NCBI GenBank assembly: GCA_050953885.1
Contig: JBMNNJ010000001.1
Coordinates: 527,437-591,436, forward strand
Direction: 5' to 3'
DNA from: Patescibacteria group bacterium
Lineage (GTDB): Bacteria > Patescibacteriota > Microgenomatia > 0-14-0-10-38-17
Length of the DNA: 64,000 bases
Shown here: positions 1-9,416 of the stretch, piece after piece
Layout of the letters: the number at the start of each line of letters is the position of its first letter
Position numbering within the stretch: the first letter of the stretch is position 1
The notes under the pieces: model-generated
Database searches by the model: none
What the model was told of the DNA's origin: nothing
The model's input: only the letters and a program-made list of their open reading frames with translations
Program-made: the position numbers and the translations under genes

Positions 1-1
1 T

Positions 2-616
2 CCCCGTATTTATTTTGGCCAAAAAAAGGAAGCCGAACTTATTGAAGCCTACGACTTAAACACCGACTTAAGCTTTACAAAACTTAAAGAACTTCTTTGT
101 CTTTTGGACAACTCAAAAGTTGCCGTCCAAAATAAAGAAGAAATTCTTAACTCTCCCCTCCTGCTTCAAGGTAAAAATCCGCAAATTATTTTCGAAAGCC
201 TTAATAAAATTGGCGTCGGTAAACTCCATGGCGTTTCTCTTGAAGTGATTGAAAACCAATTCCGGGGAAAAATTTGGGAAAAGCCTCTTCGGGAAAACCA
301 CTCTCCTGCTTCTCGGGCGGCTGGTAAAATTTGGGAAAGCGTTAGCCAAGGAAGGTTTTATCAGGCTCGGCTATGGGTGGCTTGGTATGAAGAAGCAATA
401 AGAAGAGAGGGGGGATTTTTTGCCCCTCAATCAAGCTGCGGCACCACCCTTGCCTCCATATTAGCCCTAAACCCACAATCTTATTATGGACGGCCGTTTT
501 TTGGCTTGGAAATCATCCCCCGCGCCAAAGCCTGCCCGGCCTGCGGTTGGCCGCTTTTAACTCCCGTCCCCGTCGGCGGCCATTGCCCCCATTGCGGAAC
601 CGAAAGAAAATGTTAA
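2..616 (+). CDS. 5'-truncated hypothetical protein with C-terminal zinc ribbon
   Basis: Frame is open from base 2 to TAA at 616; CPACG...CPHCG motifs at the C-terminus. Confidence 0.6.
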   Translation, partial: PRIYFGQKKEAELIEAYDLNTDLSFTKLKELLCLLDNSKVAVQNKEEILNSPLLLQGKNPQIIFESLNKIGVGKLHGVSLEVIENQFRGKIWEKPLRENHSPASRAAGKIWESVSQGRFYQARLWVAWYEEAIRREGGFFAPQSSCGTTLASILALNPQSYYGRPFFGLEIIPRAKACPACGWPLLTPVPVGGHCPHCGTERKC

Positions 617-625
617 AATAACCTT

Positions 626-1336
626 ATGGGTAAAGGGGGAAAACCTTTTTTCTCGGTCATCATCCCTGCCTTTAATGAGGAAAAAACCATTAGCCAAACC
701 CTAGGGTCCGTTTTGAGGCAAAACTTCCCGCGCCGCCAATATGAGATAATCGTCGTTAATAATAACTCCACCGATAAAACCGCCGCCATCGTTAAAAAAT
801 TTCCGGCGGTAAAATTAATTCACGAACCAAAGCAAGGCTATGTTTATGCTCTAAAGCGAGGCGCCAAAGAGGCCAGCGGAGAAATTTTGGTTTTCACCGA
901 CGCAGACACCATTGTTCCCCCCGATTGGCTTAACCAATACCAAAAAGCATACCAGAACCTAAGAGTAGTAATGGTTGGCGGAGCGGCTAATTTTCAGCCT
1001 AAATTTGGTCTCATTTTTTTAGTACAAGCTTTTCTTAATCTTTTTGGCTTCTTAACCAAAGTTGCTTCGGGCTTTAATTTTTCCCTCCGCCGCCACACTT
1101 ATGAAAAAATTGGCGGCCTTAACCCGCAAATTAACTTTCACGCCGACACCGATCTAATCCTGCGCGCCAAAAAAGAAGGTAGGGCCGTTTTTCTTTTAAA
1201 AAATCGGGTGATTACCTCCAGTCGTCACTACCGCGGCCTTGAGGGAATTGGCTATGTTGTTAAGGGGGCTATCAATGCTCTTTGGTTATTTTTATTTAAA
1301 AAAACCCTTTTTTGGCATTTTGGCGAAGTCCGCTAA
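626..1336 (+). CDS. GT2 family glycosyltransferase
   Basis: SVIIPAFNEE, VVNNNSTD and FTDAD (DxD) motifs. Confidence 0.93.
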   Translation: MGKGGKPFFSVIIPAFNEEKTISQTLGSVLRQNFPRRQYEIIVVNNNSTDKTAAIVKKFPAVKLIHEPKQGYVYALKRGAKEASGEILVFTDADTIVPPDWLNQYQKAYQNLRVVMVGGAANFQPKFGLIFLVQAFLNLFGFLTKVASGFNFSLRRHTYEKIGGLNPQINFHADTDLILRAKKEGRAVFLLKNRVITSSRHYRGLEGIGYVVKGAINALWLFLFKKTLFWHFGEVR

Positions 1337-1372
1337 TTGTCAAAAAAAATAGAAAGTGCTAAACTAACAGCA

Positions 1373-1717
1373 ATGACGCCTAAACTTTTAGCCCAGGTGG
1401 ATATCGGCCAAGAAACTAAAATTAACCCCACCCAGGGAATTAGCAGCCCTTCTCAATTCCAAACCATTGGGGGGTTAATTTCCGCCATTTTGCCTAACCT
1501 TTATGTGGCCGCGGGCTTGATTTTGCTTTTTTTCTTGATTTTTGGCGGCTTTATGGTTATATTAGGAGCAGGGAAGGGCGAAAGCCAGCAAGCCGAACAG
1601 GGCAAAAAAATTGTCACCCGCACCATAATCGGTTTCTTGATTATTTTTTTAAGTTACTGGATTATTCGCATTATAGAAATTATCACCGGAGTAAAGATTT
1701 TTAGTCCTTCGCTTTAA
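1373..1717 (+). CDS. VirB2/TrbC-like pilin 1
   Basis: Two hydrophobic helices joined by a G-rich/charged loop, IIGFLIIFLSYWII tail; start moved to ATG 1373 (MTPKLLAQ). Confidence 0.8.
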   Translation: MTPKLLAQVDIGQETKINPTQGISSPSQFQTIGGLISAILPNLYVAAGLILLFFLIFGGFMVILGAGKGESQQAEQGKKIVTRTIIGFLIIFLSYWIIRIIEIITGVKIFSPSL

Positions 1718-1734
1718 ATTACAAGACAAATTTT

Positions 1735-2103
1735 ATGGCTAGCAACAATAAAAAGATCGTACCTTTTTTAGCCGGGGTTGTGGGTGAAATCACTCCCCCT
1801 CCCATTGGCTATCCGGACATAGAAGCAGGCGGCTTGGGAAGTTTTTTGAACAATATTTTAATGTTAATCACCACCGTGGCCGGCCTTTTCGCCCTCTTTA
1901 ATTTTATTATGGCCGGTTTTGGTTATATGTCGGCCAACGGCGACGAAAAGAAAGTCCAACAGGCTTGGACAAAGATTTGGCAAAGCCTTCTAGGCTTAGG
2001 CATTGTGGCCACCGCTTTTCTAATTGCCGCCTTAGTTGGCTGGATTTTCTTTAAAGACCCCACCTTTATTATTAACCCAAAGATATATGGACCGGGGCAG
2101 TGA
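1735..2103 (+). CDS. VirB2/TrbC-like pilin 2
   Basis: GFGYMSANGDEKKVQQAWTKIWQSLLGL pilin signature between two TM helices. Confidence 0.82.
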   Translation: MASNNKKIVPFLAGVVGEITPPPIGYPDIEAGGLGSFLNNILMLITTVAGLFALFNFIMAGFGYMSANGDEKKVQQAWTKIWQSLLGLGIVATAFLIAALVGWIFFKDPTFIINPKIYGPGQ

Positions 2104-2109
2104 ACAAGG

Positions 2110-2395
2110 CAAGATACTAAGATACTGAGAGACACGATAAAGCAAATTCAAAAGTCAAAAGTCAAAAACAATAAATAAACTCAAATCGCAAAACGCAAAA
2201 CTCAAATCTACAACGCAAAACTTAAAACTTAAAAGACAAAAACAGAATTACAATTTAGAAATACAAATATTATTAAGCCCTAAAGTTTTTTAGTTTTGAG
2301 TTTTAACATGTAGTTTTGAGATTTGAGATTTGCGTTTTGAGTTTATTTTTCGTTTTCATTCGTGTCTTTTAATAATTTCTTAATTTCCTTTTTTT
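2110..2395. repeat. AT-rich periodic inverted-repeat element carrying shared ~90 bp core (copy 1)
   Basis: TCAAAAG/CGCAAAA heptamer arm and complementary TTTTGAG arm; core AAAGACAAAAACAGAATTACAATTTAGAAATACAAATATT...TTTTAACATGTAGTTTTG recurs near 24897, 29990 and (minus) 32485-32570. Confidence 0.85.
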
Positions 2396-2417
2396 AACAA
2401 CTTAGCAATATAATTCT

Positions 2418-2795
2418 ATGTCCAATTATAATTTTCTTGCCCAAAGAGAAGTTCCTATTGCTCCCGATGGCGGGCTTTACGGACCTGGCCCCACAGCACC
2501 CACCACCTCCACCGGCCTAGGCGAAGGTATCGCTCATTTGATTTCCGTAGTTATCGGCCTCTTTACTTTAGTCGCCGGTCTTTGGTTTCTTTTTCAACTT
2601 ATTTTAGGCGGCTACGCTTATATGAGCGCCGGCGGCAACAAAGAAAAGGCGCAGGCTGCTAGTCAAAAAATTACCCAAGCTTTAATTGGCTTAGTGATTG
2701 TGGTTTTGGCTATCTTTATTATTAATCTCCTTGGCTATATTTTGGGCGTTGACTTCCTTGATATTATCGGGATTATCCAAAACTTAACTTTTTAA
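2418..2795 (+). CDS. VirB2/TrbC-like pilin 3
   Basis: GGYAYMSAGGNKEKAQAASQKITQALIGL signature. Confidence 0.85.
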   Translation: MSNYNFLAQREVPIAPDGGLYGPGPTAPTTSTGLGEGIAHLISVVIGLFTLVAGLWFLFQLILGGYAYMSAGGNKEKAQAASQKITQALIGLVIVVLAIFIINLLGYILGVDFLDIIGIIQNLTF

Positions 2796-2804
2796 TATCC
2801 TAAG

Positions 2805-3140
2805 ATGAAACTGGCACAAGGCACAATATACAACCCTCTTCTACCCATAGAGCTTCAACAGCCACCGGCGCAGGCGCCAAATACTCTTCAGCATATTCTT
2901 TCCACCGCCATAACCCTGGCCTTAATTGGCGCCAGCGTTGTTTTTCTTTTTATTATCATCACCAGCGGCATTTCTTATATGACGGCGGGAGGAGATAAAG
3001 AAAAAAAGGTGGCCGCTTCTACCCGCCTTACCAATGGGGTTATCGGTTTGGCGATTGTTTTTTGCCTTTTTGCCTTTGCCCAACTTCTCTCTTCCCTTTT
3101 TGGCATCAATTTGTTAGAATTTACTATTCCCAGACTTTAA
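2805..3140 (+). CDS. VirB2/TrbC-like pilin 4
   Basis: GISYMTAGGDKEKKVAASTRLTNGVIGL signature. Confidence 0.85.
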   Translation: MKLAQGTIYNPLLPIELQQPPAQAPNTLQHILSTAITLALIGASVVFLFIIITSGISYMTAGGDKEKKVAASTRLTNGVIGLAIVFCLFAFAQLLSSLFGINLLEFTIPRL

Positions 3141-3167
3141 TTTTAAAATAAAAAGGAGGTGAAAAAA

Positions 3168-3509
3168 ATGTTTAATGTTCTCGCTCAACAAGCAACCATC
3201 GACATTAATCCCGGAGAAGGATTTGAAGACATTGCCAACATTACCGTTGGTTCAATTTTAAGCGGCGCAATCCAATTGGTGTTAATCGTTGCCGCCCTTG
3301 TCTTTTTCTTTCTCTTAATTATCGGTGGTATCCGCTGGATGACGGCCGGAGGCGATAAGGAAAAAGCGGGCGCGGCTCGGGGCCAGCTCACCTCGGCTTT
3401 AATTGGCTTGGCAATTGTTTTTGCCGCTTGGGCTATTATCCGCTTAATCGAGGTTCTCTTCGGCGTTTCTATTATTAGCGGCTTTGAAATTCCCTCCTTT
3501 GTACCTTAA
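3168..3509 (+). CDS. VirB2/TrbC-like pilin 5 (candidate major pilin)
   Basis: GGIRWMTAGGDKEKAGAARGQLTSALIGL; perfect SD AAGGAGGTG before ATG 3168. Confidence 0.85.
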   Translation: MFNVLAQQATIDINPGEGFEDIANITVGSILSGAIQLVLIVAALVFFFLLIIGGIRWMTAGGDKEKAGAARGQLTSALIGLAIVFAAWAIIRLIEVLFGVSIISGFEIPSFVP

Positions 3510-3561
3510 TAACTTTTAAAACTTAAAAATGTTATTAAAAAAGAAGGGGAGGAAAAAACAA

Positions 3562-3903
3562 GTGGCCGGACTTTTATTAGCGCAAGGTAGTGGGTGGCAG
3601 ACTAACGCTGATTATATCGCGGAAGGCGATGTGCCTACTATCTACGGCCTTGAGGCAATCGTGGCCAATATCCTCAATATTATTATCGGGTTGGCCGGGG
3701 TGGTTCTTTTGCTCATGCTAATAGGGGGTGGTTTTGGCTACATTACCTCTGGCGGTGATAAAGAAAAAGCGGCCAAGGCCAAAAACACCCTCACCTACGC
3801 CATTTTAGGCCTTTTGGTTATTTTGGGCGCTTGGCTAATTATCCGTTTAATCGAGGAATTTACCGGCTTAAATTTGCACATTTTCCAAATTCCCAAAATA
3901 TAA
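3562..3903 (+). CDS. VirB2/TrbC-like pilin 6
   Basis: GGFGYITSGGDKEKAAKAKNTLTYAILGL; GGGGAGG precedes GTG 3562, so start moved from 3529. Confidence 0.83.
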   Translation: MAGLLLAQGSGWQTNADYIAEGDVPTIYGLEAIVANILNIIIGLAGVVLLLMLIGGGFGYITSGGDKEKAAKAKNTLTYAILGLLVILGAWLIIRLIEEFTGLNLHIFQIPKI

Positions 3904-5900
3904 TGAAAAAGTTCCCCTTTGCCGTTAGCCTTTCCGTTTTTCTTTTCTTAGTGGCCGCAGAAGCTTGGGCAAATCCCCTTACTTATACTATTGAGTACCG
4001 AAACCGCAATATTTCTATTCCTGAAGAAAAGAAACAAGCGGTTATCAATCAAGCCCTAAAAAGTTGGCCAAATAGTAAAATTGAGATTAGCTGGGATTAT
4101 GTTTACAACAGCGCCATCAACCATAATTGGAATCCTGCTTTTGTTATTGCTCTCTGGATTGAAGAATCGGGAGCCAGCGGCGTTAGCGCTTATGATGTTG
4201 GTTGCTTAGGCGGATCACCCAATAATATTCCCAGCCAACTTAATTGCCTTTTTAGCCGCCCTTATGCTAACGAAACCTTCCGCACTTTTATGTGCAAATA
4301 TAGCGGAGAAAAAGAGGATTGCTACACCAATCCTAATTATAATTTTTTAAACAACCCCTATTTCCCTACCAACCTAGGCATTTGGTATTACCGGCTTGCC
4401 GGTAACGCCGGTCTGGGAGGTAGCGTTGGCGATGGCGGTGAGCCTACAGAACCGGGCGGCTCTTTTTATACCGAAGAAACAATTTTCTTAAAAGACAGCC
4501 TTGCCTCAAACGACCTTCTCCTCGACTACCGCTATTATCGCGAAGAAAGTCGCCCCACCCCCGCTCCTCCTCCCCCTAATATTTCTCCCGCCCCAAAAGT
4601 TCAGGGCGCTACAACAGAAAGAGGAACTAAATCGTTTGATGGGGAGTTAAATATCACCGAAGAGGGGAAAAACCTCCCTAATTTTAAAATAATGGAGGAA
4701 ACTTTATCTTTTTCTTTAGAAAGACTACTGCCGGAAAGTCTAAGAAAAGAATTATCAATTAATCCCCAAGAAATTAGCGGTAAGGCGCGGCACTTTGTCT
4801 ATGGCTTAAGCGAAAATGAAGGTAAGTTAGCGATCAATAGCGCCGCAGAAGGAATTCCCCGGGAAATTCCTGAAGAAAAAGCCGCCTTTCCCTCTTGGTG
4901 GGGCCAGCTGGTTGGGGAAAGCAAGGTAGTCTGCGGTCTTTTTAACACTTGCCCCGCCCCAGAAAGCCTTAAAATTAAAGTCGCCGCCGCTGACGAATAC
5001 AATCCTCCCGAAGGCCTCGGCCACCGAAACTCCTCTTCTTTGGTTGACGAAGAAAATCTTGATAACGAAGTCATTAGCTCTCACTTCACTATCATCAGCT
5101 TTTTTACCAGAATTATTGAGGAAATCACCGAATTCTTTGAATATTGGGGAGAAGTTCTTATCGCCAAAAAAGAAACCACCACTACCACCGCCTTAGCCGA
5201 AACACGGGCAATTGTCCCCGGCGGCGAGAATATCAGAGAAAACACTTCTTTTTTCAAAGGCTTCCTCCCCGCTTCGGCTATTCCTGCCCATCACAACTCG
5301 CCTCTAAAAGTAAGCGCCGATTATGAAGTTTCTTCAGGATACACCCTTATAGGAGAAGAGAAGCTGGAATATCATAATTTAGGCGCTACCCAAAGAAATT
5401 ATTGCTTGAGTCTTTGTTCACAATATCCAGCCGGCTTTAATATCAGCCAAATTGACCCCCTTTGCCCTTCTTGCCGTCCAGATGATTATCCTCTCGAAGG
5501 CTACGGCGATATTCCTTTAAGCAAAGAGCTGTGCCGATCCCCAAATGGGAAGATAAGACAAGAAGACGAAGAAGGAGAATGCCATTATTATGATCTCCCC
5601 AACGGAGCCAATGAGGGCTGTGAAGAAGGTCAGGATCCGGTTTGCGAAGGCGGGAGATGCAATCCTTATGAATTTTATACCGACGATTATATTAAAAAAT
5701 GCGGCACTACCCCTTGGTACGGAAGCTGTCGTGATGTTAATGTTTGCGAGTTGATGACCTTTGCTAAAAATCCCGCCGGCGGGTTTGGCGAATGCCAATA
5801 CGCCAACCCCACCGTTTGTGTTCGCACCGATCGTCTTAAGGTAGGCAAATGCGCTGCGGTTTGCAACTTGGCCTGTTGCGCGGAGCAGAAGAAAAAATAA
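3903..5900 (+). CDS. Secreted protein with lysozyme-like N-terminal domain and Cys-rich C-terminus
   Basis: Signal peptide MKKFPFAV...AEAWA, translationally coupled via TAATG; NPAFVIALWIEESG resembles the catalytic helix of lysozyme-like/SLT folds; many Cys in the last ~170 aa. Confidence 0.55.
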   Translation: MKKFPFAVSLSVFLFLVAAEAWANPLTYTIEYRNRNISIPEEKKQAVINQALKSWPNSKIEISWDYVYNSAINHNWNPAFVIALWIEESGASGVSAYDVGCLGGSPNNIPSQLNCLFSRPYANETFRTFMCKYSGEKEDCYTNPNYNFLNNPYFPTNLGIWYYRLAGNAGLGGSVGDGGEPTEPGGSFYTEETIFLKDSLASNDLLLDYRYYREESRPTPAPPPPNISPAPKVQGATTERGTKSFDGELNITEEGKNLPNFKIMEETLSFSLERLLPESLRKELSINPQEISGKARHFVYGLSENEGKLAINSAAEGIPREIPEEKAAFPSWWGQLVGESKVVCGLFNTCPAPESLKIKVAAADEYNPPEGLGHRNSSSLVDEENLDNEVISSHFTIISFFTRIIEEITEFFEYWGEVLIAKKETTTTTALAETRAIVPGGENIRENTSFFKGFLPASAIPAHHNSPLKVSADYEVSSGYTLIGEEKLEYHNLGATQRNYCLSLCSQYPAGFNISQIDPLCPSCRPDDYPLEGYGDIPLSKELCRSPNGKIRQEDEEGECHYYDLPNGANEGCEEGQDPVCEGGRCNPYEFYTDDYIKKCGTTPWYGSCRDVNVCELMTFAKNPAGGFGECQYANPTVCVRTDRLKVGKCAAVCNLACCAEQKKK

Positions 5901-5929
5901 TTGCATTTTAAAAATTTTTGTGGTACTTT
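5901..5929 (+). promoter_or_regulatory. sigma70-type promoter
   Basis: TTGCAT-17 nt-TACTTT with extended TG. Confidence 0.5.
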
Positions 5930-5943
5930 TAAACTATAAAAAG

Positions 5944-7482
5944 ATGACCTTTTCTTTTTCTTGCAAACTTTCTTGCAAAAAACTATTTTTAGCTTTCTTT
6001 ATTTTTGGGACTGCTTTTCTTTTATTGGTCCCAAAAATAAAAGCGGTAAACGCTTATTACGAGCCGGGGACAGGCGGCGGGGTCGGCGGGAAAGTCGCTT
6101 CCTTTGAAGAAGCAGTTTACGAAACCAATGAATTTAACAACGAAAGCCATTCTTATGCCACCACCGAAAATATTATCCAAAGCCTCAACAATATGATTTT
6201 GGGTTGCGCCACTGAAACATGCGCAAATGCTTTAGCCTCAAAAGGTTTGCCTACCAACGGCGCCGTTGGCGCCGCCAGCGGCTTGATCGCCTCTCTTTAC
6301 GCCACCCCACCCGCCTCTTCTGCTTATTACTTGGCTGACTTGGGCCAGCGGCTTAATCTAACTCAATCGGTCTACGCCCAAGGAATCGGTTTTTCCGGCC
6401 TCAACCCTCTCTTGGATCTTTGGAAAGCGGCTCGCAACGTAGCCTACACTTTCTTTATTTTTGTCTTCCTAATTATTGGTTTTGCCATTATGTTTCGGGC
6501 CAAAATTAACCCCCAAACGGTGGTCACCATTCAAAGCGCCATCCCCAAGGCGGTGGTGGCCCTGATTTTGGTTACCTTTTCCTACGCCATCGCCGGGTTA
6601 ATGATTGATTTGATGTACCTCTCAATCGGTTTACTTTTTGGTCTTATCCCCGCTAATTTTAAAGCTTTTCTTCCTCATGGCAGCGATGTTACTCCTTATT
6701 ACACCGGCGGCTTTGGTGAGCTTATTCATAATGTTTGGGATGCCGGCTGGGGATCCTTCTGGAGAGTTCTTACCGAAGGTGTTGGTTGGACAGGACTAGG
6801 AGTTGATGCTGGCATAACAGGAATCGCTGCCGGTATCGCCGCACTGCTTTCCGGACCTACAGGCTGGGTTGCCCTAGCCACTGCCGTAGCTACCCCTATA
6901 CTATTAATATTCCTCGTCGCTATAATCGTTCTTTTCGCCACCGTCAAAATTTTTTGGGTGCTTTTGGTTTCTTATATCAACATCATCATTAGTATTTTGA
7001 TTGCCCCTATTCAGTTAATGCTTTCCGCCATCCCCGGCCAAAATACTTTTGGCCCCTGGATAAGCAATCTCTTAAAAAATATTCTTGTTTTTCCTGCCAC
7101 CGTCGGTATGTTTATTTTAGCCTTTATCCTCTCCGATCTTTCTAAAATAAGCGGTGATCAAAATCTTTGGGTGCCACCTCTTTTAGGTTTTTGGGGCGAA
7201 AAAACCAGTCAAGCAATCGGGGGGTTGTTAGGTTTTGGTATCATCTTGATGACCCCTAAAGTAGCTGATATAATCAAGAGTATGTTTGAGAAAAAGCCCT
7301 TCGCCGCCGGGACGGCGATAGGGGAAGCATTGGGACCGGCTAAGGGAATAGGAAAAGCCGCAGGATGGGTAGGGGTTAGTAGTGGCGCTGAAGCAATCAC
7401 GGCGGGCTGGAGTGGAGCAACGCAACCCCCAATAAAGAAGGGAGTCAGAACAATTCTCCAACGTACAAAAATAGTCCAATAA
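5944..7482 (+). CDS. VirB6/TrbL-like polytopic T4SS membrane protein
   Basis: WKAARNVAY and ILVTFSYAIAGLMIDL segments, multiple TM helices, located between pilins and prgI/virB4. Confidence 0.7.
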   Translation: MTFSFSCKLSCKKLFLAFFIFGTAFLLLVPKIKAVNAYYEPGTGGGVGGKVASFEEAVYETNEFNNESHSYATTENIIQSLNNMILGCATETCANALASKGLPTNGAVGAASGLIASLYATPPASSAYYLADLGQRLNLTQSVYAQGIGFSGLNPLLDLWKAARNVAYTFFIFVFLIIGFAIMFRAKINPQTVVTIQSAIPKAVVALILVTFSYAIAGLMIDLMYLSIGLLFGLIPANFKAFLPHGSDVTPYYTGGFGELIHNVWDAGWGSFWRVLTEGVGWTGLGVDAGITGIAAGIAALLSGPTGWVALATAVATPILLIFLVAIIVLFATVKIFWVLLVSYINIIISILIAPIQLMLSAIPGQNTFGPWISNLLKNILVFPATVGMFILAFILSDLSKISGDQNLWVPPLLGFWGEKTSQAIGGLLGFGIILMTPKVADIIKSMFEKKPFAAGTAIGEALGPAKGIGKAAGWVGVSSGAEAITAGWSGATQPPIKKGVRTILQRTKIVQ

Positions 7483-7692
7483 TAGCATGCTCCAAAGAAC
7501 TAAAAAAGTCGCTGGAAAACTCCTTCTTTCTGCCATTTACAAAGAGGCGGCAAACCATTCAGCTAAAGGAAAAGAGCCGTGGAATACTGTAAGAAGACTG
7601 ACTAAAAAGAAAGCAGAACAAAAATAAGCCTACATTCATTAACGTAAATAAGCTTATTTTAACATCTCTTTCCCTCAAGACAAAACAATAAC

Positions 7693-9309
7693 TTATTTGT
7701 TCTTTCTCCCCTCATGTAGAGGAAGACATTCTTGTTTAGATAAGACATTTTGTATTGACTCCCATGCTTCACGAGAGTCAGAAAAAAATCCTGCCGTTTC
7801 ACAGGCCGCCTTCACATATTCAATAAGACCCTTAGAACTTCCTGCCCCCAAACTTTTAAGTAATCCATCTAAAATACCAGGAGCAACTACATCCGCTCTT
7901 CTATTTTTGCTTATTGTAGATGTTCCTAACGTTAACAATCTCCCTCCAATCAAATTTATTTTCAGTAATTTCTTTTCTTCATCATCCAAATCCCCCGTGC
8001 CTAATTGAATATCCTTATTAATCACCCTTAAGGCTTCAGGCGTTACTAATTCAGCCACCATATCTGGCAATTTATTTTCCCAAAAAATCTTTCTCACTCG
8101 ATTCTGCCTAAACATACAATAAAGCCAAGAGCTAAAGGCTGTTTCCGGAGTTTCTTTAAGTACATCCTTTAGGTTCTCCCCACCCATCCAGCGGTCAAAA
8201 ATAGATTTTTTTCCCCCTTTAGGCCCAACTTTGGTAGCATGCCAAAAATCAGTTGTTAAGCTGTCCGGAGCTGTCTGGGCCAAGACCGGTGGCCCTGCCG
8301 GTCTGCCCAGCCTTAAATCAGCTAAGGTCTTACCTCTAAAAAAGAAAAGTTTTATCAAATCAGATTGCTGCTCATTATAAAAAGTGCAATCTCCCTCTGG
8401 CTTTTCCCCTCTTTTATCCTTCTCGCCTCCCAACCAAACAGACAAGAGTGTTACTGTTGCCAAATGTTTGGCTAAAATAACCGCTCTCTTAGCTACAAAA
8501 GAATTCACACCTTCCTCGACTAATTGTTTCTCCAACATTTCCGCAAATTTCCTTCTCTCTTCTTCAGTGGAATCTTTTTCTTGTAGAATCTTAGTAAAAG
8601 TCGTTTCTATTTTTCTCCCCGCCGGTGTTTTTAATTCAACCCCAAGGTGTATATCTATTATAAGTCTCAATGCCCTCTCTGTCGCTGGACCATAATCGGG
8701 AGTTTCCAACAAATCTTTCATCATTGAAGGAGGCAAAGTCTCCAAATACGATGCACTTAAAAAAAGTCTTTCTGCATAAGTATCAACATCGCTTTCCAGG
8801 GGAGACCGTTGGGCAAAAACATTTTGAAGTCTAATCGCCGCTTCTACTTGATGAAGCACTTTCCCCCATTCTTCAGCTTCTTCTTCATTTTTTCTTTTCC
8901 TTTCTCCCTCACTCCCCATGCCTTCTCCTTTACTTTCTTCCCCAAAGGGTTGGCGTTGATATTTTCTAAGATAAGACTCTGGCAAACCGCCTATTCCCTG
9001 AAGGTGAATAGAAAATTTATCAGAATAAGCTCTCCTATTTAAAGCGTCAATAACCGGACGCACCGACCATGGCTCTATCGCCTCTGGTTTTTTCTCGTTG
9101 CTTTCTCTTGGAAATAACAGCTCAAAAATAATCACTTCTCTCCCGCCTTGTGGCGCAACTTCGGGATTACTAAGCATCTCCGCTATCCCCACCGATAACT
9201 CTCGCAACTTCATTTGCTCCTGCGTTAGCGCCTCTGGCCAACCAAGTTCCCCCTGGTTTACCTCTTCCGACGGTCTTCCTCCTGGTCTTTCTCCTTCAAC
9301 TCCTAGCAT
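7693..9309 (-). CDS. Hypothetical soluble charged protein
   Basis: 538 aa open frame, no recognisable motif. Confidence 0.7.
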   Translation of the reverse strand: MLGVEGERPGGRPSEEVNQGELGWPEALTQEQMKLRELSVGIAEMLSNPEVAPQGGREVIIFELLFPRESNEKKPEAIEPWSVRPVIDALNRRAYSDKFSIHLQGIGGLPESYLRKYQRQPFGEESKGEGMGSEGERKRKNEEEAEEWGKVLHQVEAAIRLQNVFAQRSPLESDVDTYAERLFLSASYLETLPPSMMKDLLETPDYGPATERALRLIIDIHLGVELKTPAGRKIETTFTKILQEKDSTEEERRKFAEMLEKQLVEEGVNSFVAKRAVILAKHLATVTLLSVWLGGEKDKRGEKPEGDCTFYNEQQSDLIKLFFFRGKTLADLRLGRPAGPPVLAQTAPDSLTTDFWHATKVGPKGGKKSIFDRWMGGENLKDVLKETPETAFSSWLYCMFRQNRVRKIFWENKLPDMVAELVTPEALRVINKDIQLGTGDLDDEEKKLLKINLIGGRLLTLGTSTISKNRRADVVAPGILDGLLKSLGAGSSKGLIEYVKAACETAGFFSDSREAWESIQNVLSKQECLPLHEGRKNK

Positions 9310-9416
9310 ATTTAACCTAGCAATAATTACTTATTTAAATAAATTCTACCATATTAAATATTTTCTCTCTAAAACCATTATATCACATTAAATTAATCAA
9401 TTTTTCCTATCACAGA

